Positions 55,470 to 64,000 of a stretch of 64,000 nt of DNA are shown one piece after another; position 1 is the first letter of the stretch, and each line of letters begins with the position of its first letter. The position numbers and the translations under genes are program-made. The DNA comes from Escherichia phage vB_EcoM_ESCO10: sequence record OM386655.1; one strand, given 5' to 3'. The notes under the pieces are model-generated. The model did not search any database and was not told where the DNA came from. It saw only the letters and a list, made by a program, of their open reading frames with translations.

Positions 55470-55631
55470 TTATGCCCGAGGCTTACCAAAACGAGAAGCA
55501 TCGTCGCGGATAACAGCACGAGCCCGACGCATAATCTTCTCAACTGTCTGATTGATACGTGAGTTAGACGCACGCTTGTAACCAGCGCGTTTAGAGGTTC
55601 CGTCAACTACTTTAACTTCTTTCTTAGCCAT
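55470..55631 (-). CDS. small basic ORF (53 aa)
   Basis: Hand-translated MAKKEVKVVDGTSKRAGYKRASNSRINQTVEKIMRRARAVIRDDASRFGKPRA; weak SD; below ORF-track cutoff. Confidence 0.3.
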   Translation of the reverse strand: MAKKEVKVVDGTSKRAGYKRASNSRINQTVEKIMRRARAVIRDDASRFGKPRA

Positions 55632-55926
55632 TATAAAATCTCTTTAAATGAAAATGCAGGACTTATTGGCATTGCCTGCGCAAGCCCTCGAAGGGAACAT
55701 AGGTTTTGGATATTTAACGACAGGATAACCATAAACCTCGTCATCATACCAACCACGACTTAGACAGATAACCTTTTTCTGACGCGTGATAGTACAAAAT
55801 ACATTCAAGAGGTACACCGTAAAACTGTCGGGGTCTTAAAACTATAATGATTCGCAAATCATTAATAAGACAGTTCGACGGCTCCTCGATTTTCTAGCCG
55901 CACTAAGGTAGCGAATCACCTAAAAC

Positions 55927-56175
55927 TTATTTAAGGGTAATAACAAAATGACGTACTGCTTTACGAGCTGCCGAAGCCAAAGGCTTAGCATATTTCAGTT
56001 CATCTTTTGCTTCCAGTTCAGAAGCCAAAGCTGCCTGGACCGGGTTCAGATGTTTGAAATAACGCAGGATTTCCAGTGCTTCGGCTTCAACATCAATAGA
56101 TGCGCCATAGTTTTCGTGACCGTTGTTCCAAGCGTTGCGTTGCAGTTCAAGAGCGTGATTCAGATGTTTGTTCAT
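55927..56175 (-). CDS. rIII: rIII lysis inhibition accessory protein
   Basis: 82 aa (same as T4 rIII); MNKHLNHALELQRNAWNNGHENY...; position between 30.x cluster and gene 31. Confidence 0.75.
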   Translation of the reverse strand: MNKHLNHALELQRNAWNNGHENYGASIDVEAEALEILRYFKHLNPVQAALASELEAKDELKYAKPLASAARKAVRHFVITLK

Positions 56176-56326
56176 TTTAGTTTCTCAATTCGAGATAAAG
56201 ATTGGTGGACACGTTCTTCTGAATTTCACTTCCTTTCAGCAAGTCTCTCAGTTGTAGTCCACTGCTTAGAAGGTTGGTCATGTCCCTTTGGAGGTAGTTC
56301 TCCAACTCTTCATATTATTATTTATA

Positions 56327-56650
56327 TCACTTATAAAGACACGGAATAGCTTTATAATGACAAGTAACGAATTTCTGTTTAATTTCTTTAGGCTGTTTAA
56401 TACCTAATGCAACTAACGGATGAGGCACGTTAGCAATCTTACCGACAGGAAGTGGGGTCAAATCACCTACTTCACAAAAATCTTCAGGGACATCAGGTCC
56501 TACAGAATAAACTTCACAGAGTTCAGGGATTTCACCTTGATGAAGTTTGCCAATAACGATACCTGATGCAGTAGTTTCTTCATCACCAGCTTGTTTTGGT
56601 TCGGAAACGAGAATAATATATTCTCCGACCGCTTTAATAGGAAGTTCCAT
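56327..56650 (-). CDS. 31: co-chaperonin gp31 (GroES-like)
   Basis: 107 aa; [19 protein letters not shown]...[11 protein letters not shown] near-identical to T4 gp31. Confidence 0.93.
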   Translation of the reverse strand: MELPIKAVGEYIILVSEPKQAGDEETTASGIVIGKLHQGEIPELCEVYSVGPDVPEDFCEVGDLTPLPVGKIANVPHPLVALGIKQPKEIKQKFVTCHYKAIPCLYK

Positions 56651-56708
56651 ATTTAATCCATGTTGTTTTGTTGATAAGATAATAGTACCACATTATTCTT
56701 AAAGCATA

Positions 56709-57008
56709 TTACATGACAAGCAGAGTTTCAGTCTGGAGCCCATTAACAGAAACCAGTTTATCGAAACGGAACGAGCGCCATTCGTTGAGCTTGGTATCAA
56801 ATACCCTGATATAGCTAACAGGTTCTTTACTAGCTTCTGGCCTAGGGGCCTGGATTTCTTTATAAGGGAGCAGGTCCAGGTCGCGAGTACAAGTCATATG
56901 ACGGACACTGCCATCTGTTTTTTCAAACAGAACTTCATGAAAGCCGACAGACAAGATAGTCTTGACTTTTTCACGAAGACGGATAGTTTCTTGTTCAGTT
57001 AAAATCAT
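56709..57008 (-). CDS. hypothetical protein (31.1 position)
   Basis: 99 aa ORF with ATG. Confidence 0.45.
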   Translation of the reverse strand: MILTEQETIRLREKVKTILSVGFHEVLFEKTDGSVRHMTCTRDLDLLPYKEIQAPRPEASKEPVSYIRVFDTKLNEWRSFRFDKLVSVNGLQTETLLVM

Positions 57009-57010
57009 AA

Positions 57011-57244
57011 TTATTCCAAGACAGTTTTAATAGTGGTTGCATTACGCTCTTTTAGAGCACTTAATAGGTTATTACAATTCTCAAGAATAGGCGCCGTTTT
57101 GTATTTAGAATAAACATCAACCCAATCTGATTTGTAATATGACTTCCATCGAGAGAAAAAGTACTTTTTGTATTCTACTGAAAAGGCTACTAAGCTTTCA
57201 CCTTTTGAGTTCAGACCTGATATTTTAACAAGACGAAATTTCAT
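57011..57244 (-). CDS. hypothetical protein (31.2 position)
   Basis: 77 aa ORF; TAATG overlap with cd stop. Confidence 0.45.
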   Translation of the reverse strand: MKFRLVKISGLNSKGESLVAFSVEYKKYFFSRWKSYYKSDWVDVYSKYKTAPILENCNNLLSALKERNATTIKTVLE

Positions 57245-57789
57245 TATTCACCACAATAGTTTTGAATTGATTCCCAGTTCAGAGAACGGAGGCCTGTACG
57301 GTTATACTGGATAACTTCAATCCCTGATTCACGGAGGATATCGTCCCATCCTTCAGGATTTCGGTCATAGAGTTCAGCATAAACCAATGTTTTAATTCCG
57401 GACTGCGCAATAGACTTAGCACAATCTGCACACGGAGATAATGTCACGTACATAGTAGCTCCGTCAATAGAACTTCCGGTACGAGCCGCAAACAAAATGG
57501 CGTTCAGTTCGGCGTGGATTTCATTTTTAGATGACCATGCGGCATGAGCCATACGATGTTCTTTAAGAAGAATTGATTTATGCGACATTCGTGCAGTGTC
57601 ATACACAACCCGAGTCCAGTCTTGTTCAACTGCATGGTCACAACAGTTCACACCACCGGAAGGCGAACCATTATATCCTGTAGAAATAATGCGGCCATTC
57701 TTTTCGATAACTGCACCCACTTTCCATGAACAACATTTTGATTCTTGAGAAATCAGATATGCAATCTGAAGGTATGTGCTTGCTCTCAT
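57244..57789 (-). CDS. cd: dCMP deaminase
   Basis: 181 aa; zinc-binding deaminase motifs HAELNAI and SPCADCAK (H-x-E ... PC-x-x-C). Confidence 0.92.
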   Translation of the reverse strand: MRASTYLQIAYLISQESKCCSWKVGAVIEKNGRIISTGYNGSPSGGVNCCDHAVEQDWTRVVYDTARMSHKSILLKEHRMAHAAWSSKNEIHAELNAILFAARTGSSIDGATMYVTLSPCADCAKSIAQSGIKTLVYAELYDRNPEGWDDILRESGIEVIQYNRTGLRSLNWESIQNYCGE

Positions 57790-58127
57790 TACATCACCAC
57801 TAGATAAGCTGTGTTATTGGTTTCGACACGATATAAATCGGTACGAAGTTTAGTGATAGATTTCACACGTGAGGTTAATATACCATAACCGTCTGGGAAG
57901 CGTTTTTGTTTATCGAAAAATACTGCCGCTGGTATTCTATCACCAATTTCAACAGGAAGAACGGTAGCCAGAACAGCATCGTAAGTCGAAATATGAATAC
58001 TTTGGAAATCTTCACTCAGCTTAAAAAGGTCTTTGATATACTGAGCAGCATTTTCAGAGAGACCTCGATGGTCTCCGTCTTCATCAGATTGTAAGGCGGC
58101 ATTAACCGCTGATTTCAAATTAAACAT
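57789..58127 (-). CDS. hypothetical protein (cd.1 position)
   Basis: ORF track to 58157; internal ATG 58127 avoids overlap with upstream ORF; start uncertain. Confidence 0.4.
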   Translation of the reverse strand: MFNLKSAVNAALQSDEDGDHRGLSENAAQYIKDLFKLSEDFQSIHISTYDAVLATVLPVEIGDRIPAAVFFDKQKRFPDGYGILTSRVKSITKLRTDLYRVETNNTAYLVVM

Positions 58128-58353
58128 TATAAACTCGCTGCGCTTCGACCAAACCATCAGAACCGAGTTTCAACTGGGTAATTTGGTCGCCATCTTTAGG
58201 ATTAACGATAACTAATACCGTACGTGGAGATTCCTGGATTACACGCAGAGTGGCATCAGGAAAACGTACGGAAACCTTATTAATCAGGGCCTGAGCAAAT
58301 TCTTTAACTTTAACATGGAACTGCTCTACAGTAATAGGTTGTTCGCTCAGCAT
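58120..58353 (-). CDS. hypothetical protein (77 aa)
   Basis: ORF with ATG; ATGA coupling to upstream ORF. Confidence 0.4.
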   Translation of the reverse strand: MLSEQPITVEQFHVKVKEFAQALINKVSVRFPDATLRVIQESPRTVLVIVNPKDGDQITQLKLGSDGLVEAQRVYNV

Positions 58354-58907
58354 CAGATAGTCTCCAACTTAAGTTGTCTTGTAGTGGTAGCTTGGGTAAC
58401 GTCGCCTTTAACGATATAACACACTTGTTGGAATGAATTAATCAAAAGCTCCTCGGCTTGTCGATCAGCTTGTTCCTTTGTGTTATGGCGAGAATGGACT
58501 TCAATCTTACCATTTTTAACTACAAGCACTTTCCAGTCGGCAGTAGTTTTTACAGGTTTAGGCTCATCGTTTTCAGGAATACTTACTGATGCCAATGGAC
58601 GTACCACTTCAATAAAGCATTCGAATTCATGGCCAAAAAAGCCTTCTGAATTAAAAAGAACACTATTTGAATCATCAGGATTACCTGTGATTTTACTCAG
58701 GTCAACAAACATCATCTCGTCATATACACGAATTCGGCTTACACGTTCGCGCCCATTATGATAATCAATTTCAACTTCAAACGGATTCATACCTACATAC
58801 TTGGCAAAAGCAGTATTAAGCCTGTAAGCACCGTTATTAGTGAATTTATTTTTATAATGCTCGCTTATAAATTTGTAAAACTTACGCTCTTCAAAGAACT
58901 TACCCAT
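58353..58907 (-). CDS. hypothetical protein (184 aa)
   Basis: ORF with ATG in cd.x cluster. Confidence 0.5.
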   Translation of the reverse strand: MGKFFEERKFYKFISEHYKNKFTNNGAYRLNTAFAKYVGMNPFEVEIDYHNGRERVSRIRVYDEMMFVDLSKITGNPDDSNSVLFNSEGFFGHEFECFIEVVRPLASVSIPENDEPKPVKTTADWKVLVVKNGKIEVHSRHNTKEQADRQAEELLINSFQQVCYIVKGDVTQATTTRQLKLETI

Positions 58908-58967
58908 TTCGATTTCCTCATGTGTTGGTAGGACTACTATACCACAGTCCTACCATGGTGTAAACAC

Positions 58968-59246
58968 TTAAATTGCTTCGACAACTACCGTTTGTTTCTG
59001 GAAGTCCATTTTGCATGAAATAGCCAAAATATGGTCATCAATTTTAAATGGAACAATTGCAAATGCTGCGCCTGGCGTGAGTTGAACAGTGATTGCATCA
59101 ACTGCATCCGGGAACATGATTTCCAGAATAGCAGACAAACGACCATGCACTTTTAGTTCAGTCGACACGTCGACGCTTTCGTATAGATAATCGGATACGA
59201 TCTGACTAAAAACTACTTTAACAATTTCAGAATAGGTAGGAAACAT
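58968..59246 (-). CDS. hypothetical protein (92 aa)
   Basis: ORF with ATG. Confidence 0.4.
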   Translation of the reverse strand: MFPTYSEIVKVVFSQIVSDYLYESVDVSTELKVHGRLSAILEIMFPDAVDAITVQLTPGAAFAIVPFKIDDHILAISCKMDFQKQTVVVEAI

Positions 59247-59318
59247 TTCTTTTCTCGCTCAGTTATTGGGGTTATTCAAAGGACCTAGACCCATTATAAC
59301 ATAAAATTTTTTAAAGCA

Positions 59319-59534
59319 TTAATGAACGGTATGCACCTTGACATTAACGATAAATCGGTCGACGACTTCAGTCAGCGGAACGAACTCAACGTAGTACTCG
59401 CCTTTGTAACGTTCGTTCAAATCGTTACGCAGTGCGGCCAGGTTATTGATAAGAGCAGGAGACATATTCTGCCCTACCAGTTTCTGAAGCTCTTTATAAG
59501 CTTCTTCTTCGATTTCATGGTGTTTGTTATACAT
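59319..59534 (-). CDS. hypothetical protein (71 aa)
   Basis: ORF track to 59609; internal ATG 59534 removes overlap with upstream ORF. Confidence 0.35.
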   Translation of the reverse strand: MYNKHHEIEEEAYKELQKLVGQNMSPALINNLAALRNDLNERYKGEYYVEFVPLTEVVDRFIVNVKVHTVH

Positions 59535-59723
59535 AATGTTCTTCCAAGAAGGCAAGGAGTTCCGGTGCGGATTTAAAAATACCACCATCCACCTTGTCTT
59601 CATTATCATAGTCCATTACATCCAGGCCAATACGTCCATCAGTTAAAGGCCATACGCCGAAGTAAAAGCATTTACGTTTTTCAATCTCTTCGATTGTACG
59701 AAAAATCTTTTCGATGTTATTCA

Positions 59724-59724
<1 letters not shown>
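59527..59724 (-). CDS. hypothetical protein (65 aa)
   Basis: ORF track to 59754; ATG 59724 forms TAATG overlap with pseT stop. Confidence 0.35.
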
Positions 59725-60924
<1,200 letters not shown>

Positions 60925-60928
<4 letters not shown>

Positions 60929-61407
60929 ACACCAAGCTCCTTATAAAGTTCTTCGCGACAGGTTTTAAGGATTTTACCAGTTTCATAAGCTGTGCTTTCA
61001 GAAACATCACCAAGTGCAGCGGCAGCTTGCATTTGACCATGGCGTTTAGCAGCATATTCAAAACTTTTTACTAGCTCACGAATACGTTCTTTTTCATTGT
61101 ATTCTCCAATAAATTCTGGATATTCCCAAACCGGGCGCATCATACGATACCACTGTTGGATGGTAATATAATTACTTCCATTCAAATTAATAATCTGTGA
61201 AGGCTCAATAGACCCTGGAGCATAAAAAGTTACCTGTCTTACTACATCAATACCGTCTACAATAGCCCAAGCAAAATCGAAAGTTGCCTTCTTTTCAATC
61301 GGCGTGCTTGCACAGGACCCTAGTTTAAGGAGCTTTTGTAATACAGGAGATTTAATACTTGAAATGTATTCAGGCTTAGCCACAAAACTGTTATCACGTA
61401 ATGTCAT
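60925..61407 (-). CDS. hypothetical protein (160 aa)
   Basis: ORF with ATG; ATGA coupling. Confidence 0.45.
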
Positions 61408-61572
61408 AATAATTTCCTCAATTTATAATCCGTAGGAGCATTATACTCTGCTCCCAAGAGTTTGTAAACTACTTTCCAAAAAGACCATGCATACACATGC
61501 TGAACACAATCCCAAAACAAAAGAATGCAGCGCCAAATCTAACAGCATCCCAACCACAAACACATGTCTCGA

Positions 61573-61863
61573 TCATTTACACTTCTCCTCTTTTAACCCA
61601 GAACGATAATAACATAACATAGATTTCTGGTCTTGTACATATCTTTTTACATCGTTTAACCAAATACGATGTTCTTGGGAGTCTTCGAACGGCATTCCAA
61701 CCCAAGCCTTACCATCGATTACCTTGACCTGCCACTTAACATTATGTTCGGCAATAGGTTGTGGCCATGAAGGGTGCAGTTGTTGCTTAGGCGCCACAGG
61801 AACATCCTGAGCACACCCGACTAACAAGCCAATAGATAACATTACCACAGCTGATTTAATCAT
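61573..61863 (-). CDS. o-spanin-like outer-membrane lipoprotein (PseT.2-like)
   Basis: 96 aa; signal peptide with lipobox MIKSAVVMLSIGLLVGC; Cys near C-terminus; ATGA overlap with upstream i-spanin-like gene. Confidence 0.65.
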   Translation of the reverse strand: MIKSAVVMLSIGLLVGCAQDVPVAPKQQLHPSWPQPIAEHNVKWQVKVIDGKAWVGMPFEDSQEHRIWLNDVKRYVQDQKSMLCYYRSGLKEEKCK

Positions 61864-62213
61864 TCTGTGGTGCTCCTGAAGTCTTTGGCAAAGGAATCGA
61901 AGGAGTTGTTGATTTGTTTTTCGACCAGTCCTGGCTTACTTGCCACCACGTGCGCCTTCTTCGAATCTTTACGGAGCTTTTCATTTTCTACCTTAATTTT
62001 ATCCATTCGGGCGTTCATTTCAGTAGTACGGAATTCAATATCAGCGTATTGGCCGTGAAGGTCTTCTAAAGCTTCAGCGTTCTGTTTAGCTGTTTGCTGG
62101 ATTGTTTTCAGTTCTTCAGTTAGCGTATCAATACGGCTTGATTGATACGAAATAAGACTGTAAGCACCTACTACAATGGCTCCAGCTAAAAGGTAAATAC
62201 TTAATTTAGACAT
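61860..62213 (-). CDS. i-spanin-like inner-membrane protein (PseT.3-like)
   Basis: 117 aa; N-terminal TM helix LSIYLLAGAIVVGAYSLI followed by coiled-coil region. Confidence 0.65.
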   Translation of the reverse strand: MSKLSIYLLAGAIVVGAYSLISYQSSRIDTLTEELKTIQQTAKQNAEALEDLHGQYADIEFRTTEMNARMDKIKVENEKLRKDSKKAHVVASKPGLVEKQINNSFDSFAKDFRSTTE

Positions 62214-62701
62214 TTGTTAATAATCTCAATGATGTCATCACGTGACAGGGAGTTAATAAGAACAGTTTTAGGATTTTCACACTGGATTTTGTATGTTTCA
62301 AACATCACACACAATTCTTCAGAGGTATGGTAAGGACTTGAAATACCGAGGCGATTAGTTTTATCACCTAGTGGGTCGCAAATCAAATAGAAAGTGATGC
62401 CAGCGATTTTAACATTAGGTTGACTGATATTAATGAACACGTGGGCATCATATTTGGAAAGGTTATTCTGAAGGAATTCGACCATTGCATTAACAGCTTC
62501 AGGCATGGCCTCACGTTTCTCTTCAGTATAACGAGTAGAATATTCTTTTTGTTTAATTTTCTTTTTAGCATTACGAGCCATCGTAACACGAAGGTCGGTG
62601 AGGTAACCAACTGCACGAGAACCTTTGAAAACTTGGATACCGTCAGTTGAGTCACCATAAGCCTTAACAATCATTTCGTTAGTGATAAGTTGCATGTTCA
62701 T
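62201..62701 (-). CDS. alc: probable Alc (transcription termination on cytosine DNA)
   Basis: 166 aa (T4 Alc 167 aa) between spanin pair and rnlA; identity by size and synteny. Confidence 0.55.
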   Translation of the reverse strand: MNMQLITNEMIVKAYGDSTDGIQVFKGSRAVGYLTDLRVTMARNAKKKIKQKEYSTRYTEEKREAMPEAVNAMVEFLQNNLSKYDAHVFINISQPNVKIAGITFYLICDPLGDKTNRLGISSPYHTSEELCVMFETYKIQCENPKTVLINSLSRDDIIEIINKCLN

Positions 62702-62759
62702 TTTGTTTTCTCCTCATTAGTTGATAGGCTTATACTAACACATCATGAGGAGATGTAAA

Positions 62760-63908
62760 CTACTCTATCACAATTTCTTTCAAATATTTTTCAGGGATTT
62801 GGGCCTTATGATTTTTCAAGAACACAGAGTTAATCTGGTCTACGACAGTGTCATAATTAATACCGCCTGCGTACGCCTGCATAAGAATAGAGAACAAGCC
62901 AGGGAAGTCTTTGAGGATTAACTGTCCGGTAACGGCATAGTCCTTACGGTCACGCCCCTTGAGCTGAGAATATGCCGCTTCTAACAAGGCTAAAGATTGT
63001 TCTAAGTAGTCTAAATGGATACGTTCAAACGCATTGATTTTCTCGATGGCAAATGAATCCGTACTGAACAAACCTCGGAGGTCATCAGTTCCACCAGCCA
63101 CTACAACTTCAAACAACCGTTCGTTATTGTTAATGGAATCCTTAGTATGATGCAGTGCGCTATACCAAGCAGTTTTGAGTTTAAAGAACGTGCCATCTTT
63201 AAGTACAAAGATAAAGCCTTCAATACCCTCTTGTTTACGGATATCGCCAACAAAATCGCCTTCAGAGAGTTCGTAGCTTTTAACCAAATGCTTACGCAGA
63301 GCGCCATCTTTAAACAGTTCAGCGTAAGGGATATACTCGCCTGTTTCGTTATTACGAACGTTCAGTAAGATAAGGTTTGTTTCTTGGTAAGCCAACACAA
63401 TACGGTTAGTAGGGGCGACGTACTCAAGGTTGCATGTATATCCTGCTTTAGTAATTTCTTCTAAACGGGCAGCGAAGGCCTCGTTTTCAGGGAGACGAAG
63501 GAAACGTAAAGAATCATGCACCATTGATGAATGGATAGAGCCTTTAGATTTAACAGAAAGATACTGCCGGTCCATGAAGGTAGAAATCAAGGAACCATCT
63601 TCCTTAGCCATAACCAAGTCAATATTTTCCGGCGATAAATCCAGACCAATGGTCATAGGGTTTTCATCTAGATTAAAGAACTTTTGCATAGGACGAGCCG
63701 CAATACGTACGGGACCACTCTCGTCCATTTCAAACATAATGCCTCGGCACTCTAGTGCGCCGTCTTCCAACCAATCACTGTACGATGCATAGTTATAACT
63801 AAAGATGCGATAGTTGACTCCTAGCGCACTCTGGAAGTCTTTAAAGAAGAACTTAGATTTAGTCGAGTTTTTAACCAGGGCCATTAAGTTATCATATAAT
63901 TCAATCAT
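62760..63908 (-). CDS. rnlA: RNA ligase 1
   Basis: 382 aa; YRIFSYNYASYSDWL...ALECRGIMFEM, KEDGSL (ligase Lys motif), NRIVLAYQE match T4 Rnl1. Confidence 0.93.
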   Translation of the reverse strand: MIELYDNLMALVKNSTKSKFFFKDFQSALGVNYRIFSYNYASYSDWLEDGALECRGIMFEMDESGPVRIAARPMQKFFNLDENPMTIGLDLSPENIDLVMAKEDGSLISTFMDRQYLSVKSKGSIHSSMVHDSLRFLRLPENEAFAARLEEITKAGYTCNLEYVAPTNRIVLAYQETNLILLNVRNNETGEYIPYAELFKDGALRKHLVKSYELSEGDFVGDIRKQEGIEGFIFVLKDGTFFKLKTAWYSALHHTKDSINNNERLFEVVVAGGTDDLRGLFSTDSFAIEKINAFERIHLDYLEQSLALLEAAYSQLKGRDRKDYAVTGQLILKDFPGLFSILMQAYAGGINYDTVVDQINSVFLKNHKAQIPEKYLKEIVIE

Positions 63909-64000
63909 TGCTTTATCCTATGTTGGGTATTCCAAGGTGGATTAAATTTCTTTATGAACATTGGCTCTTCAAGAGACATGGTCTCAACTGACATAGTTCC
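63905..64000 (-). CDS. 3' end of upstream ORF (partial; possibly denA by synteny)
   Basis: Frame reads ...GTMSVETMSLEEPMFIKKFNPPWNTQHRIKQ then TGA overlapping rnlA ATG. Confidence 0.3.
   Translation of the reverse strand, partial: GTMSVETMSLEEPMFIKKFNPPWNTQHRIKQ

Noticed and set aside
55388-55606. 72-aa minus-strand ORF
   Set aside because: Overlaps a terminator hairpin and the alternative 53-aa basic ORF; hydrophobic low-complexity product; neither is certain

Overview
This window is a T4-like (Tevenvirinae/Straboviridae) myovirus genome segment, read in T4 gene order. Plus strand: the 3' end of gene 5.4 (PAAR), baseplate wedge genes 6-7-8-9-10-11-12, wac (fibritin), neck 13/14, 15, terminase 16/17, sheath 18, tube 19, portal 20, prohead core 67/68/21/22, major capsid 23 and vertex 24. 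Then a variable block (rnlB, hoc, inh), uvsW/uvsW.1, uvsY and baseplate hub genes 25/26/51/27/28/29/48/54. The last 18 kb is a minus-strand early region: alt, DNA ligase 30, 30.x ORFs, rIII, 31, cd, cd.x ORFs, pseT, a spanin pair, alc, rnlA and a partial upstream ORF. Calls rest on the supplied ORF translations compared with T4 protein families as I recall them, on conserved synteny, and on motifs read directly from the sequence (late promoters TATAAATA, GC hairpins with tetraloops, Shine-Dalgarno sites, ATGA/TAATG coupled overlaps). No tRNA, rRNA or CRISPR array was recognised. Departures from the T4 layout that deserve a second look: (1) an opposite-strand two-gene cassette between rnlB and hoc encoding a collagen-like (Gly-X-Y) protein and a second Hoc-like protein; (2) two tandem Alt-type ADP-ribosyltransferase genes; (3) a small antisense gene with its own early-type promoter between genes 23 and 24; (4) two paralogous HNH homing endonuclease genes wedged into the 13/14 and uvsW/uvsW.1 junctions; (5) a tandem duplicate of gene 24; (6) a fibritin about 230 aa longer than T4's. 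Several ORF-track starts are GTG/TTG; where homology pointed to an internal ATG I report that instead. No database search was run, so all identities are from memory and motif reading.
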